Virus record (IMG/VR): IMGVR_UViG_3300006109_000424
Coordinates: 7,617 to 71,616 of that record
Length of the DNA: 64,000 nt
Reading direction: 5' to 3' (one strand)
Source of the DNA: a virus
Of the stretch, positions 15,873-25,317 are shown piece by piece (the first letter of the stretch is position 1; every line of letters starts with the position of its first letter). The position numbers and the translations under genes are program-made. The notes below the pieces were generated by a model. It was not told the DNA's origin and ran no database searches. It saw only the letters and a list, made by a program, of their open reading frames with translations.

Positions 15873-17374
15873 GAGTGTACTCGCACACCATACTGTGCTT
15901 CAAAACGATCTGCATCAGATCGGTCGTTGACCATGGGTTCTCCCCTGATGTTAAGGCTGGTGTTTAGGAGCATGGGGCAGCCGGTAGCAGCGTACCAGGC
16001 TTCCAACAGTGCTCTTATTCCTGATCCATCTTCAGGTACAGTCTGTATCCTACTGGTACCATCCACGTGGGTAACAGCAGGAAACAGGTCAGGACGCCGG
16101 CAACGGCCAACGATCTGCATATACCTACTGTCAACAAAACCGCCAGGCATGTCAAAATAGTCCGCAACATGCTCCTCCAAAATGACCGGTGCAAAGGGTC
16201 TAAACTGCTGTCTACGTTTGATTCGATTTACCTGCTCCTTTATATCTGATCCCCGCGGGTCGGCCAGTAGACTTCTATTGCCCAGCGCTCGGGGTCCAAA
16301 TTCTGCCCGTCCTGACGCAACTCCACAGATCCGATCCTGTAGTAGACTGTGTACACAGGCATCAACCGGATAAGGTCCTGGAATTGTTCGTCCTAGATAG
16401 GCGTTGCGCCAATTGACAGGGCCACCAAGGGCCAGGGCAGCAGCGCCTAGGCTACTGCCGGCATCGCCTGGGCAGGGCATGATCCAGATGTTTTCAAAAT
16501 ACCTGCCCAAGTTTCTGTTGGCCAGGCAATTGAGTGCTACACCACCCTGATATACCAGGTTTGTGCTCCAGTTGAAAGCACGAGCACGTGCCATTACACT
16601 GCCAATCAGTTCTTCTGCTAGTCGCTGTGCAGCTCCCGCAATGTCCTCGGGCTCGTGTCCACACATAAAGCCGGCAGATACTCCAGCATGTAGATTCTGT
16701 CTAAAACGCACCTGTTCCACACTGTCTACCAGCTCAGCGGCCATGCCCTGGGCTAGATCTTCAGTGTTGCGTCCATAAGCGGCCATGCCCATGGTTATGT
16801 ACTCTTCGTCCAGGGGATGTAGACCCACACGTTCAGTGATGGCACTGTAAAACAGGCCTATCGAGTGCGGGTAGCGTTGTACCCATAACCGCTGGTACAC
16901 AGCACGACCCTGTCCATCATACTCAGCTCCATATATGCTCACTGTATCAAACTCGCCTATGGCGTCAATGACCACCACAGTGGCACGTTCAAATGGGCTG
17001 GTTTGAAAGCCTGCAGCTGCATGGCTCAAATGATGACTGTAACTGCGTTCATTTACGGCTTTGTGCTGATACCAGGCACCCAATTGACGCCGTATTGCAC
17101 CGCCGGTGGTCCAGGGCCCAGTGGGCCGTTGCCCAGAATATATTTGCTGTAGATTATGCATCCAGGGCCGCTCGTAGTATGCTATAGTCGCAAACTCATA
17201 GTCACACAGTTCTGCCAGTAGTCCTTCACTCAGGTTGGCATCATTCTTCCGCTTGCTGTAACGTTCTGCATGCCCGGCAAACACTATGTTACCGGCGCTG
17301 TCTAACACAGTGGCAGCAGCATCGTGAAATCCAGCACTGATGCCTAAGATATACTGATCTGTTGCCAGTTTCAT
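15869..17374 (-). CDS. O-carbamoyltransferase (NodU/CmcH/TobZ family)
   Basis: GISAGFHDAAA, HHLSHAA, VIDAIGE, GGVALNC, EFGPRALGNRSLLADPR, FRPFAP, HVDGTSRIQTV, LNTSLNIRGEP. Confidence 0.95.
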   Translation of the reverse strand: MKLATDQYILGISAGFHDAAATVLDSAGNIVFAGHAERYSKRKNDANLSEGLLAELCDYEFATIAYYERPWMHNLQQIYSGQRPTGPWTTGGAIRRQLGAWYQHKAVNERSYSHHLSHAAAGFQTSPFERATVVVIDAIGEFDTVSIYGAEYDGQGRAVYQRLWVQRYPHSIGLFYSAITERVGLHPLDEEYITMGMAAYGRNTEDLAQGMAAELVDSVEQVRFRQNLHAGVSAGFMCGHEPEDIAGAAQRLAEELIGSVMARARAFNWSTNLVYQGGVALNCLANRNLGRYFENIWIMPCPGDAGSSLGAAALALGGPVNWRNAYLGRTIPGPYPVDACVHSLLQDRICGVASGRAEFGPRALGNRSLLADPRGSDIKEQVNRIKRRQQFRPFAPVILEEHVADYFDMPGGFVDSRYMQIVGRCRRPDLFPAVTHVDGTSRIQTVPEDGSGIRALLEAWYAATGCPMLLNTSLNIRGEPMVNDRSDADRFEAQYGVRVHS

Positions 17375-17472
17375 TTATAGATAAACGGGTCTCGCTTGCG
17401 CAGTTCTCGCAGCTTTTTACGGTAGCGTATTTCCAATTGAATACGGTTGATTAGGTTTTTAATCCAAGACAT
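17371..17472 (-). CDS. 33-aa basic peptide ending RDPFIYK (not in ORF track)
   Basis: MSWIKNLINRIQLEIRYRKKLRELRKRDPFIYK*; stop overlaps the carbamoyltransferase ATG (ATGA); fills the operon gap. Confidence 0.75.
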   Translation of the reverse strand: MSWIKNLINRIQLEIRYRKKLRELRKRDPFIYK

Positions 17473-18515
17473 TGTATTTGTTGTTCCTTGTAGTTGGGAT
17501 CCGACCAATGATAATCATACACAACACTGGCTGTGCTGGTTCTAATGGCCACCACATTTAGGCGTGTATTTAACTGTCGCCAGATCTCTCGGTAATCTTC
17601 TGTGCCAAAGCTTCTGATCAAATCCACCTGGCCCACCTGGGGATGTCCTATGGTCAGACTCCGGTCATCGGGGTCAAATCCGTTGCCGATCAGCCAGGTT
17701 CTAAAGTTGTTCAAGTTGCGAGTTTGCCAGGGTGCACCTGCAGGATTCTGTGCCCACTCTATGTCAAAATCGCCGGCAGCTTCTGTTTGTGGTTTTAGTG
17801 TTGTGGTTGTTAACAAGTCAGTACGATGATCTGGATCATACTGGGCTTCGTCTACAAACACTTCCCAGTGATGCTTGCCCACGGCCTTGTTTACACCCAC
17901 AAATACTCCGCCCGTGGGTCTATTGATACTTTCGATACCAAACAGCTCGTAGTCTGCTTCTTCCAGCACAAAGCGCGGGCTGTTTAACCAGCACATGAGC
18001 TGACTGGGACGCATCCATTCAGGTTGTGTGTGTTTTTTACGCCAGCTCAAGGCCCAGGATTCAAATTCGTGACACAGACCGTTTAACTGGCGTATGTGCC
18101 ATCTTGTGCTGGCATCAGCTGCGGTGTAGAACGCACTCATGGCACCGCTTACACCCTGTAGATCTTCAAAGTAGCGATGCAGTTGATTTAATCTAGGCTG
18201 AACAATTTCAAGATTACTGTCTAGTACTGTGTCCAGGGCAAAGTGATCTGTGATGGTGTAGCCCGGTACAGCGGCATTGATTTCTGCTATGCTGGCATTG
18301 ATTTGATCCATCAGGTAAGCACCCGAGCGATCACCGTCGGCAAATCCAAAGAAGCAGTAGTTCTTTTCCAGGTGATACTGTTGATCAATCAGGTGATTCA
18401 GGGCGGCCAACCACCGGCGACTCAGGCTAGAATCCTGCACATCAATGTACACAGTCTGTACCCGGTCTGGGCGGCCCAGATCCATTTCAATAACATCAAG
18501 CAGCAATTGCGTCAT
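17451..18515 (-). CDS. hypothetical protein of the radical SAM operon
   Basis: ~354-aa ORF overlapping both neighbours; LHRYFEDLQG, CHEFESW; no family recognised. Confidence 0.75.
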   Translation of the reverse strand: MTQLLLDVIEMDLGRPDRVQTVYIDVQDSSLSRRWLAALNHLIDQQYHLEKNYCFFGFADGDRSGAYLMDQINASIAEINAAVPGYTITDHFALDTVLDSNLEIVQPRLNQLHRYFEDLQGVSGAMSAFYTAADASTRWHIRQLNGLCHEFESWALSWRKKHTQPEWMRPSQLMCWLNSPRFVLEEADYELFGIESINRPTGGVFVGVNKAVGKHHWEVFVDEAQYDPDHRTDLLTTTTLKPQTEAAGDFDIEWAQNPAGAPWQTRNLNNFRTWLIGNGFDPDDRSLTIGHPQVGQVDLIRSFGTEDYREIWRQLNTRLNVVAIRTSTASVVYDYHWSDPNYKEQQIQCLGLKT

Positions 18516-19791
18516 ACCATTCCAATATTTCGTTGTCACTGCTCAATATGTCGGCCAGTGTAAGAGTATCCCCGCGGATCTGTTCCAATCGTAGCACACG
18601 CTGTTTGCCTCGAATCAGCCCGGCTTGATACTGATCTGGCCACTGTTCTGCAAACACCGGGCGGTTTTTCAACTGTAACAGCACATCTCTTAGTGCGCTG
18701 TTATTTAAGTTGGCCACTAGACTGTCAACTTTTTTGTCCAAGACTGCTCGGGGCAGTGCCAGCGGGCTCAAGACAATATCAGGTGTAAAGCTGAATATGA
18801 CCTTGGCCAGGACATCTACTCCAAATTTGTCGGCCAACTGTTGGATGTTGGCAACCTCAAAAAGACCCGGAAGGGTGAGGGTAAAGTCGATTCGCATCTG
18901 TCGCCGGTGGGTAGATATGTTGCATCCCATCTCAAAGTTTCTACACCAGGTGTCATAGTCAAGTCCAGTTCTGATGTACTCACCTGTGGCTCCAGTACCG
19001 TCCAGACTTGCACAGATTTGCCAGTCCCTAAGATGAACCAGGATATCACTATAAAGATTAATAGACTTGTAATCAACCCTACTAAGATTGGTATTGTATC
19101 TAGCGTATACGCCATTTCCGTCTCCTTGATCTACAATTTGTTTCATATAACGCCAATGCTGTTCGTACATCAAGGGTTCGCCGCCGACCCAGTAGACTTC
19201 TTCTACACGATGTTCAGCCACAGCCTGAGCAAATTCTGCTTCAATCTGCGTGTCTTGAAACCGACTTATTTCGGCCCTTACTTCGGGTCGCATCCAGTTG
19301 TTTTTGGGATTTGTCCAGTCTATCATGTGGTGTTGCCGTTGTTCTGACTCCCATGCACTGCTCAACATGTCTCCGCAGGTACGGCATTTGAAATTGCATA
19401 GATTACTGAAACGATAATCCCAACTGACCGGCTTGACTGTGGTGTAACCAGTTGCATCGGTTGCGGCCATCACTGTTTCGTACTTGTGGCCAAACAGTTG
19501 ATTAAAATAACTGCGATAAACATCGGTGTTCAGCAGTTTGTCGTTGCAGACTGCACATTCAGGCAGGGTTTCTCCGGCCATCATGCGGCGCCGCACTGAT
19601 CGCATGTGCTCGCTGTTCCAGTGCTCATCCAGAGTCAAGGGATGATATCGTCCTGTTCCAGAATCGGTATCTATGTACTGTTCAAAGCTCTGTGCAGGTT
19701 CTCTTGATGCACAGCACATGCGTCGTTCGGTTTGTGGGCTCAAATAGGTATGAGTCCAGGCGGCCATGCACAAGGTATCGGGTTTATTCAT
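18496..19791 (-). CDS. N-terminal twitch-domain radical SAM protein
   Basis: CMAAWTH...MCCAS...CAVC then CNFKCRTC, GGEPL, YNTN. Confidence 0.9.
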   Translation of the reverse strand: MNKPDTLCMAAWTHTYLSPQTERRMCCASREPAQSFEQYIDTDSGTGRYHPLTLDEHWNSEHMRSVRRRMMAGETLPECAVCNDKLLNTDVYRSYFNQLFGHKYETVMAATDATGYTTVKPVSWDYRFSNLCNFKCRTCGDMLSSAWESEQRQHHMIDWTNPKNNWMRPEVRAEISRFQDTQIEAEFAQAVAEHRVEEVYWVGGEPLMYEQHWRYMKQIVDQGDGNGVYARYNTNLSRVDYKSINLYSDILVHLRDWQICASLDGTGATGEYIRTGLDYDTWCRNFEMGCNISTHRRQMRIDFTLTLPGLFEVANIQQLADKFGVDVLAKVIFSFTPDIVLSPLALPRAVLDKKVDSLVANLNNSALRDVLLQLKNRPVFAEQWPDQYQAGLIRGKQRVLRLEQIRGDTLTLADILSSDNEILEWYDAIAA

Positions 19792-20989
19792 ATGCAATTA
19801 ACTTTGCAAACTCAGGAGCCACAGCAACAAGATTTTCATTGCGTCTTGCATCTACCCGGCGTATTTCCTCCAGCATCTGTGTGCCCAGGTCCTGTGTGCC
19901 ACGATTCATAAAATCTAAGATATTTGCAAATTCTTGTTGATGTCTTGCACTGACCTTGGCCTGCAGCAGTCGATCAGTCACAGCCTGTTTTACCACCACA
20001 GGCAAGTTGGCAATGCTAAAATACGGAGCATCGTGCATGATGTTCCAGTAGACAAAATCAAACGCCTGGGTATCGATCCAATTGGCCAGACCTTCAAGAT
20101 ACATGACATTGAACACGTTCACAGTACTACAAACCTGTAGCTGTATATTGCTGTGCTGTTTGCGCAACAGTCGAAACAGTTCCAGATTGCGTTCAACATC
20201 GGACCAAACAGCACCGGATCTTTGATACTCAAATCGGTCTTCTACATCATCAATGCTGACAGCTATTTCAACTGTTTTAAAATGGCGCCAAATTTCAATG
20301 GCCTCGGCTGGCCAATTGGTACCATTGGTATTGTAGTGTATTTCAATACGGTCAGCATGTCCTTGATCTACAATGCGTTGCAACAAATCAAAGTGTTCTT
20401 GAATCATAAAAGGCTCACCACCGGTAAACTCAATGTATTCAAGTTGGTCCAACTGATCAGCAATTTGCTCCCAAAACACTATATTTTCTCTGGGCCAACG
20501 ACCCTGCTCCAGCATTTGATAATGAAAACTTTGTTTACCTGCACCTGATCGATCATGGGCTATTTCTTCTACAGCATAGGTCGACGACGACCACGAGCCA
20601 CAAATGCGACATTTTAGATTGCAGATATTGCCCAGTTTGAGATCAAGAAACATCAAGGGTTTGGCATCTACTGTCCATGTTTGATCGGGCAACATGTGTT
20701 TGAGCCTATTTAATGTATGCATACGTTTGCTGGTACGACCTGCATCTTCTTCATTCCAACATTTACGGCAGGTCTTGGGTTGACCGCCGGCCAAAAATTC
20801 AGACCTTAGATCCTGCATGTCTTGGCAGTTTTGCACAGCATCAAATGCAGCTGTCTTGAGATTAAACTTGTTGCCGTTGTGATCTCGCAATTCATTGTCG
20901 GCCAAACAACAGGGTCGTACTGTGCCAATAGGGCTGGTTTCTAAACTGACCCAAGGCAGTACACAAAATTTGCCATGTGGTATTTTCAT
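19784..20989 (-). CDS. N-terminal twitch-domain radical SAM protein
   Basis: FCVLPW...PCC...CRKC then CNLKCRIC, GGEPF, YNTNG; ATGA overlap start. Confidence 0.9.
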   Translation of the reverse strand: MKIPHGKFCVLPWVSLETSPIGTVRPCCLADNELRDHNGNKFNLKTAAFDAVQNCQDMQDLRSEFLAGGQPKTCRKCWNEEDAGRTSKRMHTLNRLKHMLPDQTWTVDAKPLMFLDLKLGNICNLKCRICGSWSSSTYAVEEIAHDRSGAGKQSFHYQMLEQGRWPRENIVFWEQIADQLDQLEYIEFTGGEPFMIQEHFDLLQRIVDQGHADRIEIHYNTNGTNWPAEAIEIWRHFKTVEIAVSIDDVEDRFEYQRSGAVWSDVERNLELFRLLRKQHSNIQLQVCSTVNVFNVMYLEGLANWIDTQAFDFVYWNIMHDAPYFSIANLPVVVKQAVTDRLLQAKVSARHQQEFANILDFMNRGTQDLGTQMLEEIRRVDARRNENLVAVAPEFAKLIAYE

Positions 20990-22242
20990 TGCAATGCGGC
21001 CAATTCTGGAATGACATTCAATATGTTTTGGCCACGAATTTGATCGAGTTTGTGTGTCTTGCGCCAAAAGGTATCTAACAAATGCGTGTTGTCTGTGGCC
21101 TGTAAAAAGTTGATGGCACTTTCAAATCCCACTGTGGCCCGTTGCAGTGGATCCAGCGGGCGCAACCATTCAAGATGTTTCTGATAACGTTCAATCAGCT
21201 GTTGTTTATATGCAGGTGTTGCAATGTCAATACGGAAATATGTAGGATCTTGAAGTATGTTTACATTTAAATCTTGTGGGCGGATCAATCCAGTTTCTGC
21301 CCACTGACGATGAAAGTCCGGTAAGCTCCAAGCATTCATTATGCTCAGTGTGGGACTGATATAAAAATCCACGTTGGGACAGGTTTGAATCATTTCTATG
21401 CGATTGGCAATGACCCGATGCCACTCGGTCCCTTGACGTATATATTCGGCACGACCGTGTTGATCATCTAAACTGGCTCCAACTGCTACACTTTTGAATC
21501 GTTTCCAGTAATCAAACACTGTACGATTTTTTAATTTGACATGCGTAAAGTTGGTGTTATATATGAGTCTCACATCAAAACGTCCGCGACGTTCCAATTC
21601 GTCTAGAATATTGTAGTGTTCTGCCATCATCAAGGGTTCGCCACCAGCAAAATATATCTGCTCCACATAGTCCAGGTGCGGAACCAATTGTTCCCACATG
21701 TCGGTTTCGGTGCGGCCGGCATAGTTCAACACTTGGTTACGGTCTTTCCAATCGCCTCCGGCCAACCGGGCTTGATCCTGGTACCAGCTACTACTGAATA
21801 TGTGTCCACAACTACGGCAACTTAGATTACACAAGTTACTGAAGCGTATGTCCCAGTAGCTCATGCGAAATTCGTCGTCGTCGATGCGCTTGATGTGATG
21901 TCCGTGATGTTTGTTGGCACTACGACGTCCGCTGAAGAATCCCGATTCTTCTTGCTCATAACAACGACCACATGCAGGATTAGGACGTTCGTTTAGCATG
22001 TCGTTGCGTAGCTCTCGCATGGGAGCATCGCGATAGATTTCTTCCAGGCTCTTGAATCGGGTATTGCCCACAGGATATGCCATTTCGGCATGACAACACG
22101 GGTATGCTTCGCCAGTGGGGTAAGCATGTAAGTGTATCCAGGGATAGATACAAAATGTCTTTGAATCCTTTAATAGGAATTCTTCTCGTTGGTCAAGCTC
22201 TACCGGCCGGACTAAATCTGCTGAATTATACTTGTAGGTCAT
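20986..22242 (-). CDS. N-terminal twitch-domain radical SAM protein
   Basis: FCIYPW...PCC...CGRC then CNLSCRSC, GGEPL, YNTN. Confidence 0.9.
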   Translation of the reverse strand: MTYKYNSADLVRPVELDQREEFLLKDSKTFCIYPWIHLHAYPTGEAYPCCHAEMAYPVGNTRFKSLEEIYRDAPMRELRNDMLNERPNPACGRCYEQEESGFFSGRRSANKHHGHHIKRIDDDEFRMSYWDIRFSNLCNLSCRSCGHIFSSSWYQDQARLAGGDWKDRNQVLNYAGRTETDMWEQLVPHLDYVEQIYFAGGEPLMMAEHYNILDELERRGRFDVRLIYNTNFTHVKLKNRTVFDYWKRFKSVAVGASLDDQHGRAEYIRQGTEWHRVIANRIEMIQTCPNVDFYISPTLSIMNAWSLPDFHRQWAETGLIRPQDLNVNILQDPTYFRIDIATPAYKQQLIERYQKHLEWLRPLDPLQRATVGFESAINFLQATDNTHLLDTFWRKTHKLDQIRGQNILNVIPELAALQ

Positions 22243-23569
22243 TGTACCAGTCTGCTAATGTGGGAAATGTCTTGACAAAATCTTTGCTGCGACGGGCATC
22301 GTATTGTTGGTGGAACTGACGAAAATCATTGTGTAGTTTGGGCATATCAAAGGCATCACTGTGTGGAGTTTTGACCACATCTAAATAATCAATCAAGCGT
22401 TGCACATGATTTAGTTCATGCTCGTGCAGGTAGGGATTGCGGTAGTTGCGGTTCCAAAAATCCTGCAACTGATCTCGATACCCAGTACGAAACTCTATAG
22501 GCAATATCAAGGCTGATTGGAAACTGGGGAAACGCAATATATTTAGTGTAAAATTCACACGCTCGCGCCCATACTGTTGCTTGAGTTCCAGCAACTGATA
22601 CAACAAATTGGGCAAGCGTTCTAAACACAGAGCGTTAATGGTGCACATGCAATGTACAGCCTGTATGCTGTCTTGTTCCAACAGTGTTATTACATTGTCC
22701 ATCCATTGCTGATAGTCCAGACCATCACGTATATATTCGGCTTGATCGTCTACGCTTTCCATGCTGGTGTATATTTCCAAATGAGGAATACCTGTGATCC
22801 GATCAACAAACTCTTGTAACTTTTCGGCATCCATGCCCAGGTTGCTGTTGATGGCCAACCGAGTGCTACTACGGCCTCGATTGTCTTTGAACCAATCAAT
22901 CAGCTTCCAGGTCTCGCCCGACATGAGTGGCTCACCGCCAGTGATTCTCAGCTCCTGTAGTGTTTGATGCAGGTCAGTTTCCCACCAGGCAAAGAATGCC
23001 TCCACATAGGGATTGGTTTCTCCAAAACGGTACAGCTGGGCTGAATCGTGTGGGTGCGTAAAATGATTGCGGCCGTCGCTGACAAGATTTGTGTAGGCGC
23101 CGTTGGTTTTGATATCTTTGACCCAGGTACTGGAGAACGCTGGATTGCAGTAGCTGCAAGCAAACTGACAGGTACGATCAAATGCAATTTCGAGTGTGCG
23201 CAGATTGACATCCTGCTCGGCCGGAGTTTGATAGGCCGTATCCAAGGCTTCTAGGGGATAAATTTTACTTTTGTACACACGGTCGCTGACAGCATCTCGA
23301 CCCATGTCTTCAATTTTCCAGCAGTATTCACAACCAGCGGGACGCTCTCCAGCCAACATTTTTGCACGATCCTGTTTCTTTTGTACAGTGTTGTGTATGG
23401 CTCGAGGATTTGTTTTAAGGGCCTCTGTATCTATTGAGTGTGCCGGAGGATGGTGACAACTAGTGGTTTGTCCTGATCCTAACCATATGGTAGCATTGTA
23501 CCACTTTGCAGCACAAAAACTGTCACTTTTGGTGTCTAATACTTGTTGTCGAAATTCTAAATCATTCAT
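22226..23569 (-). CDS. N-terminal twitch-domain radical SAM protein
   Basis: FCAAKW...SCHHP...GCEYCW then CQFACSYC, GGEPL. Confidence 0.9.
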   Translation of the reverse strand: MNDLEFRQQVLDTKSDSFCAAKWYNATIWLGSGQTTSCHHPPAHSIDTEALKTNPRAIHNTVQKKQDRAKMLAGERPAGCEYCWKIEDMGRDAVSDRVYKSKIYPLEALDTAYQTPAEQDVNLRTLEIAFDRTCQFACSYCNPAFSSTWVKDIKTNGAYTNLVSDGRNHFTHPHDSAQLYRFGETNPYVEAFFAWWETDLHQTLQELRITGGEPLMSGETWKLIDWFKDNRGRSSTRLAINSNLGMDAEKLQEFVDRITGIPHLEIYTSMESVDDQAEYIRDGLDYQQWMDNVITLLEQDSIQAVHCMCTINALCLERLPNLLYQLLELKQQYGRERVNFTLNILRFPSFQSALILPIEFRTGYRDQLQDFWNRNYRNPYLHEHELNHVQRLIDYLDVVKTPHSDAFDMPKLHNDFRQFHQQYDARRSKDFVKTFPTLADWYNDLQV

Positions 23570-24185
23570 TGGTCAATTCCAAATTATTTTGTTCTAATAC
23601 TCGACCACACTCAGCCAAAAAATTTTCGTAGTCTGCAGATTTATGCATGGCATTGTACGACGACTGGACCAGGTCCGATGCTACAGTTTCGTAACACAAT
23701 TCCATCTTCATAAAAGTCCTGCACTGGGTATATTCTTCGTGCAACCGAGCAAGTCTTTTTGCCTGATTAGGCAAGTAACCTATGTGTGGTGCAGTTTTGT
23801 CCTGTTGTGCTGGACAATCCTTGGGATTATGCCAGACTTCTGAGCCATAGGCTGTGGCAAAACTGGCCAATTGGGCTACTCGATCTTTTCGATAGATACC
23901 GATTATATAACTGTTGCTGAATAATGAATCAAAATAGCTGTCAGGGGGAATTTGGTCGCACATGAGTTTAACTATACAAGGTTGTGCATTGGCTCGATAT
24001 CGATCATATTCTCTACCTCTCCTGCGGAAATGAAATGCTTCGTCTAAATTTGGGTATCCAGTAATGCGATGCAGAATATTACACAAGGCTGTACTGCCGG
24101 TACGATAATTGGCCAATACAATTATACTTTGATTTTGCGGAAAAGTAAACCTGCACTGTGCCAGTTGGATCTCAAATGTATTCAT
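23562..24185 (-). CDS. Stf0-like sulfotransferase-family protein
   Basis: LANYRTGSTAL P-loop-like; YRKDRVAQLASF...WH; YE motif. Confidence 0.55.
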   Translation of the reverse strand: MNTFEIQLAQCRFTFPQNQSIIVLANYRTGSTALCNILHRITGYPNLDEAFHFRRRGREYDRYRANAQPCIVKLMCDQIPPDSYFDSLFSNSYIIGIYRKDRVAQLASFATAYGSEVWHNPKDCPAQQDKTAPHIGYLPNQAKRLARLHEEYTQCRTFMKMELCYETVASDLVQSSYNAMHKSADYENFLAECGRVLEQNNLELTNE

Positions 24186-25317
24186 TGATAAACTGAAAAA
24201 AACGGTTTGGAAATTCTTTGCGGACTCGAATCCGCATTTCTACCAAGTGTTGTTGATTGTATTTACATACATCCTCGGCAGCCTTTAGGAAACTGGCCAA
24301 ATCTTGATGGCACAAATCTTTCACCACCTGTGCGATGCGCATGATACGGTCTTGGGGATCATCAATTTGATCAAATGATTCGTCGATTAGGTGTCCCCAG
24401 GTGCGGAATCCTAAATTGTGAAAATCTCTATAGTAGCCCTGATTTGCAACAAAAATGGTAGGGTGACCCATGGCTATCGGTTTCCAAGTTTTTTCTGTAC
24501 GGAAACTGTAAGGATATTCAAATACGGTTTCGGTTACCACACTAAAATAGGTGTCAATATACGGGGCAGCTTTGAGATAGATGTCGCCCCATTCGTTGTT
24601 AAACAAGTGATATTTTACAAAAAGATCTTGATCAGTGTTGAGCGCCGGAACTCCAATTTGTGATTGATAACGATCAACTTCATATTGAATTGGTAAATGC
24701 TGCACAGGAAAAACAGTATAATCTTTTGCTCCTAATTCGTTGGGTAACTTAAATGGTCGTAGTTTGAGAGGTCTTGAATCTAAGTTGGTCCACAGGCTTT
24801 GTTCCAGTAAACCCCAATGACAAAACAATTCAAGTAGGAATTTTCTATGCGACCGGCCGCGACCATTAAGAAATAAAAATTTGTAAGGTTTTTGTATCTT
24901 GGAAAATATTTCTCGACCGCAAAACATTTCAACTAAATTTTCTTCAGGGTCTAAAATTTTAGTTAAAAAAATGTCGTACTGTAAGCATGGCCAGGTAGTA
25001 TCCATGTCACCACCGCCGATTAGCAATATCTTTTTGTTGTGCACCAAATCAGCAGTACGTGTGACCTGGTCACAATGTGTTTTCATTGTGTCGGATCCTT
25101 CCATTGGGTTGCTCAGTACTGGTAAGATTGTACCAGCTTCGGCTAATTTGCGTATGCGATCAACGTTGAGATTAAATTGTTCTCTACCGATAAGGTAGAT
25201 AGCACCAGGAATAACATCGTGAGTTGAAAATTCCCAAAATTCTGCGTCTGCATAGGATTTTATTAGATCGTATACTTCGCAAAAGGTATCCAGAACAACT
25301 TTACGATTGGCGAGCAT
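24172..25317 (-). CDS. putative glycosyltransferase (TEK-motif), paralog 4
   Basis: FLFLNGRGRSHR, VVTETV...RTEKTWKPIAMGHP...LGFRTW..LIDESFD. Confidence 0.6.
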   Translation of the reverse strand: MLANRKVVLDTFCEVYDLIKSYADAEFWEFSTHDVIPGAIYLIGREQFNLNVDRIRKLAEAGTILPVLSNPMEGSDTMKTHCDQVTRTADLVHNKKILLIGGGDMDTTWPCLQYDIFLTKILDPEENLVEMFCGREIFSKIQKPYKFLFLNGRGRSHRKFLLELFCHWGLLEQSLWTNLDSRPLKLRPFKLPNELGAKDYTVFPVQHLPIQYEVDRYQSQIGVPALNTDQDLFVKYHLFNNEWGDIYLKAAPYIDTYFSVVTETVFEYPYSFRTEKTWKPIAMGHPTIFVANQGYYRDFHNLGFRTWGHLIDESFDQIDDPQDRIMRIAQVVKDLCHQDLASFLKAAEDVCKYNQQHLVEMRIRVRKEFPNRFFQFINEYI

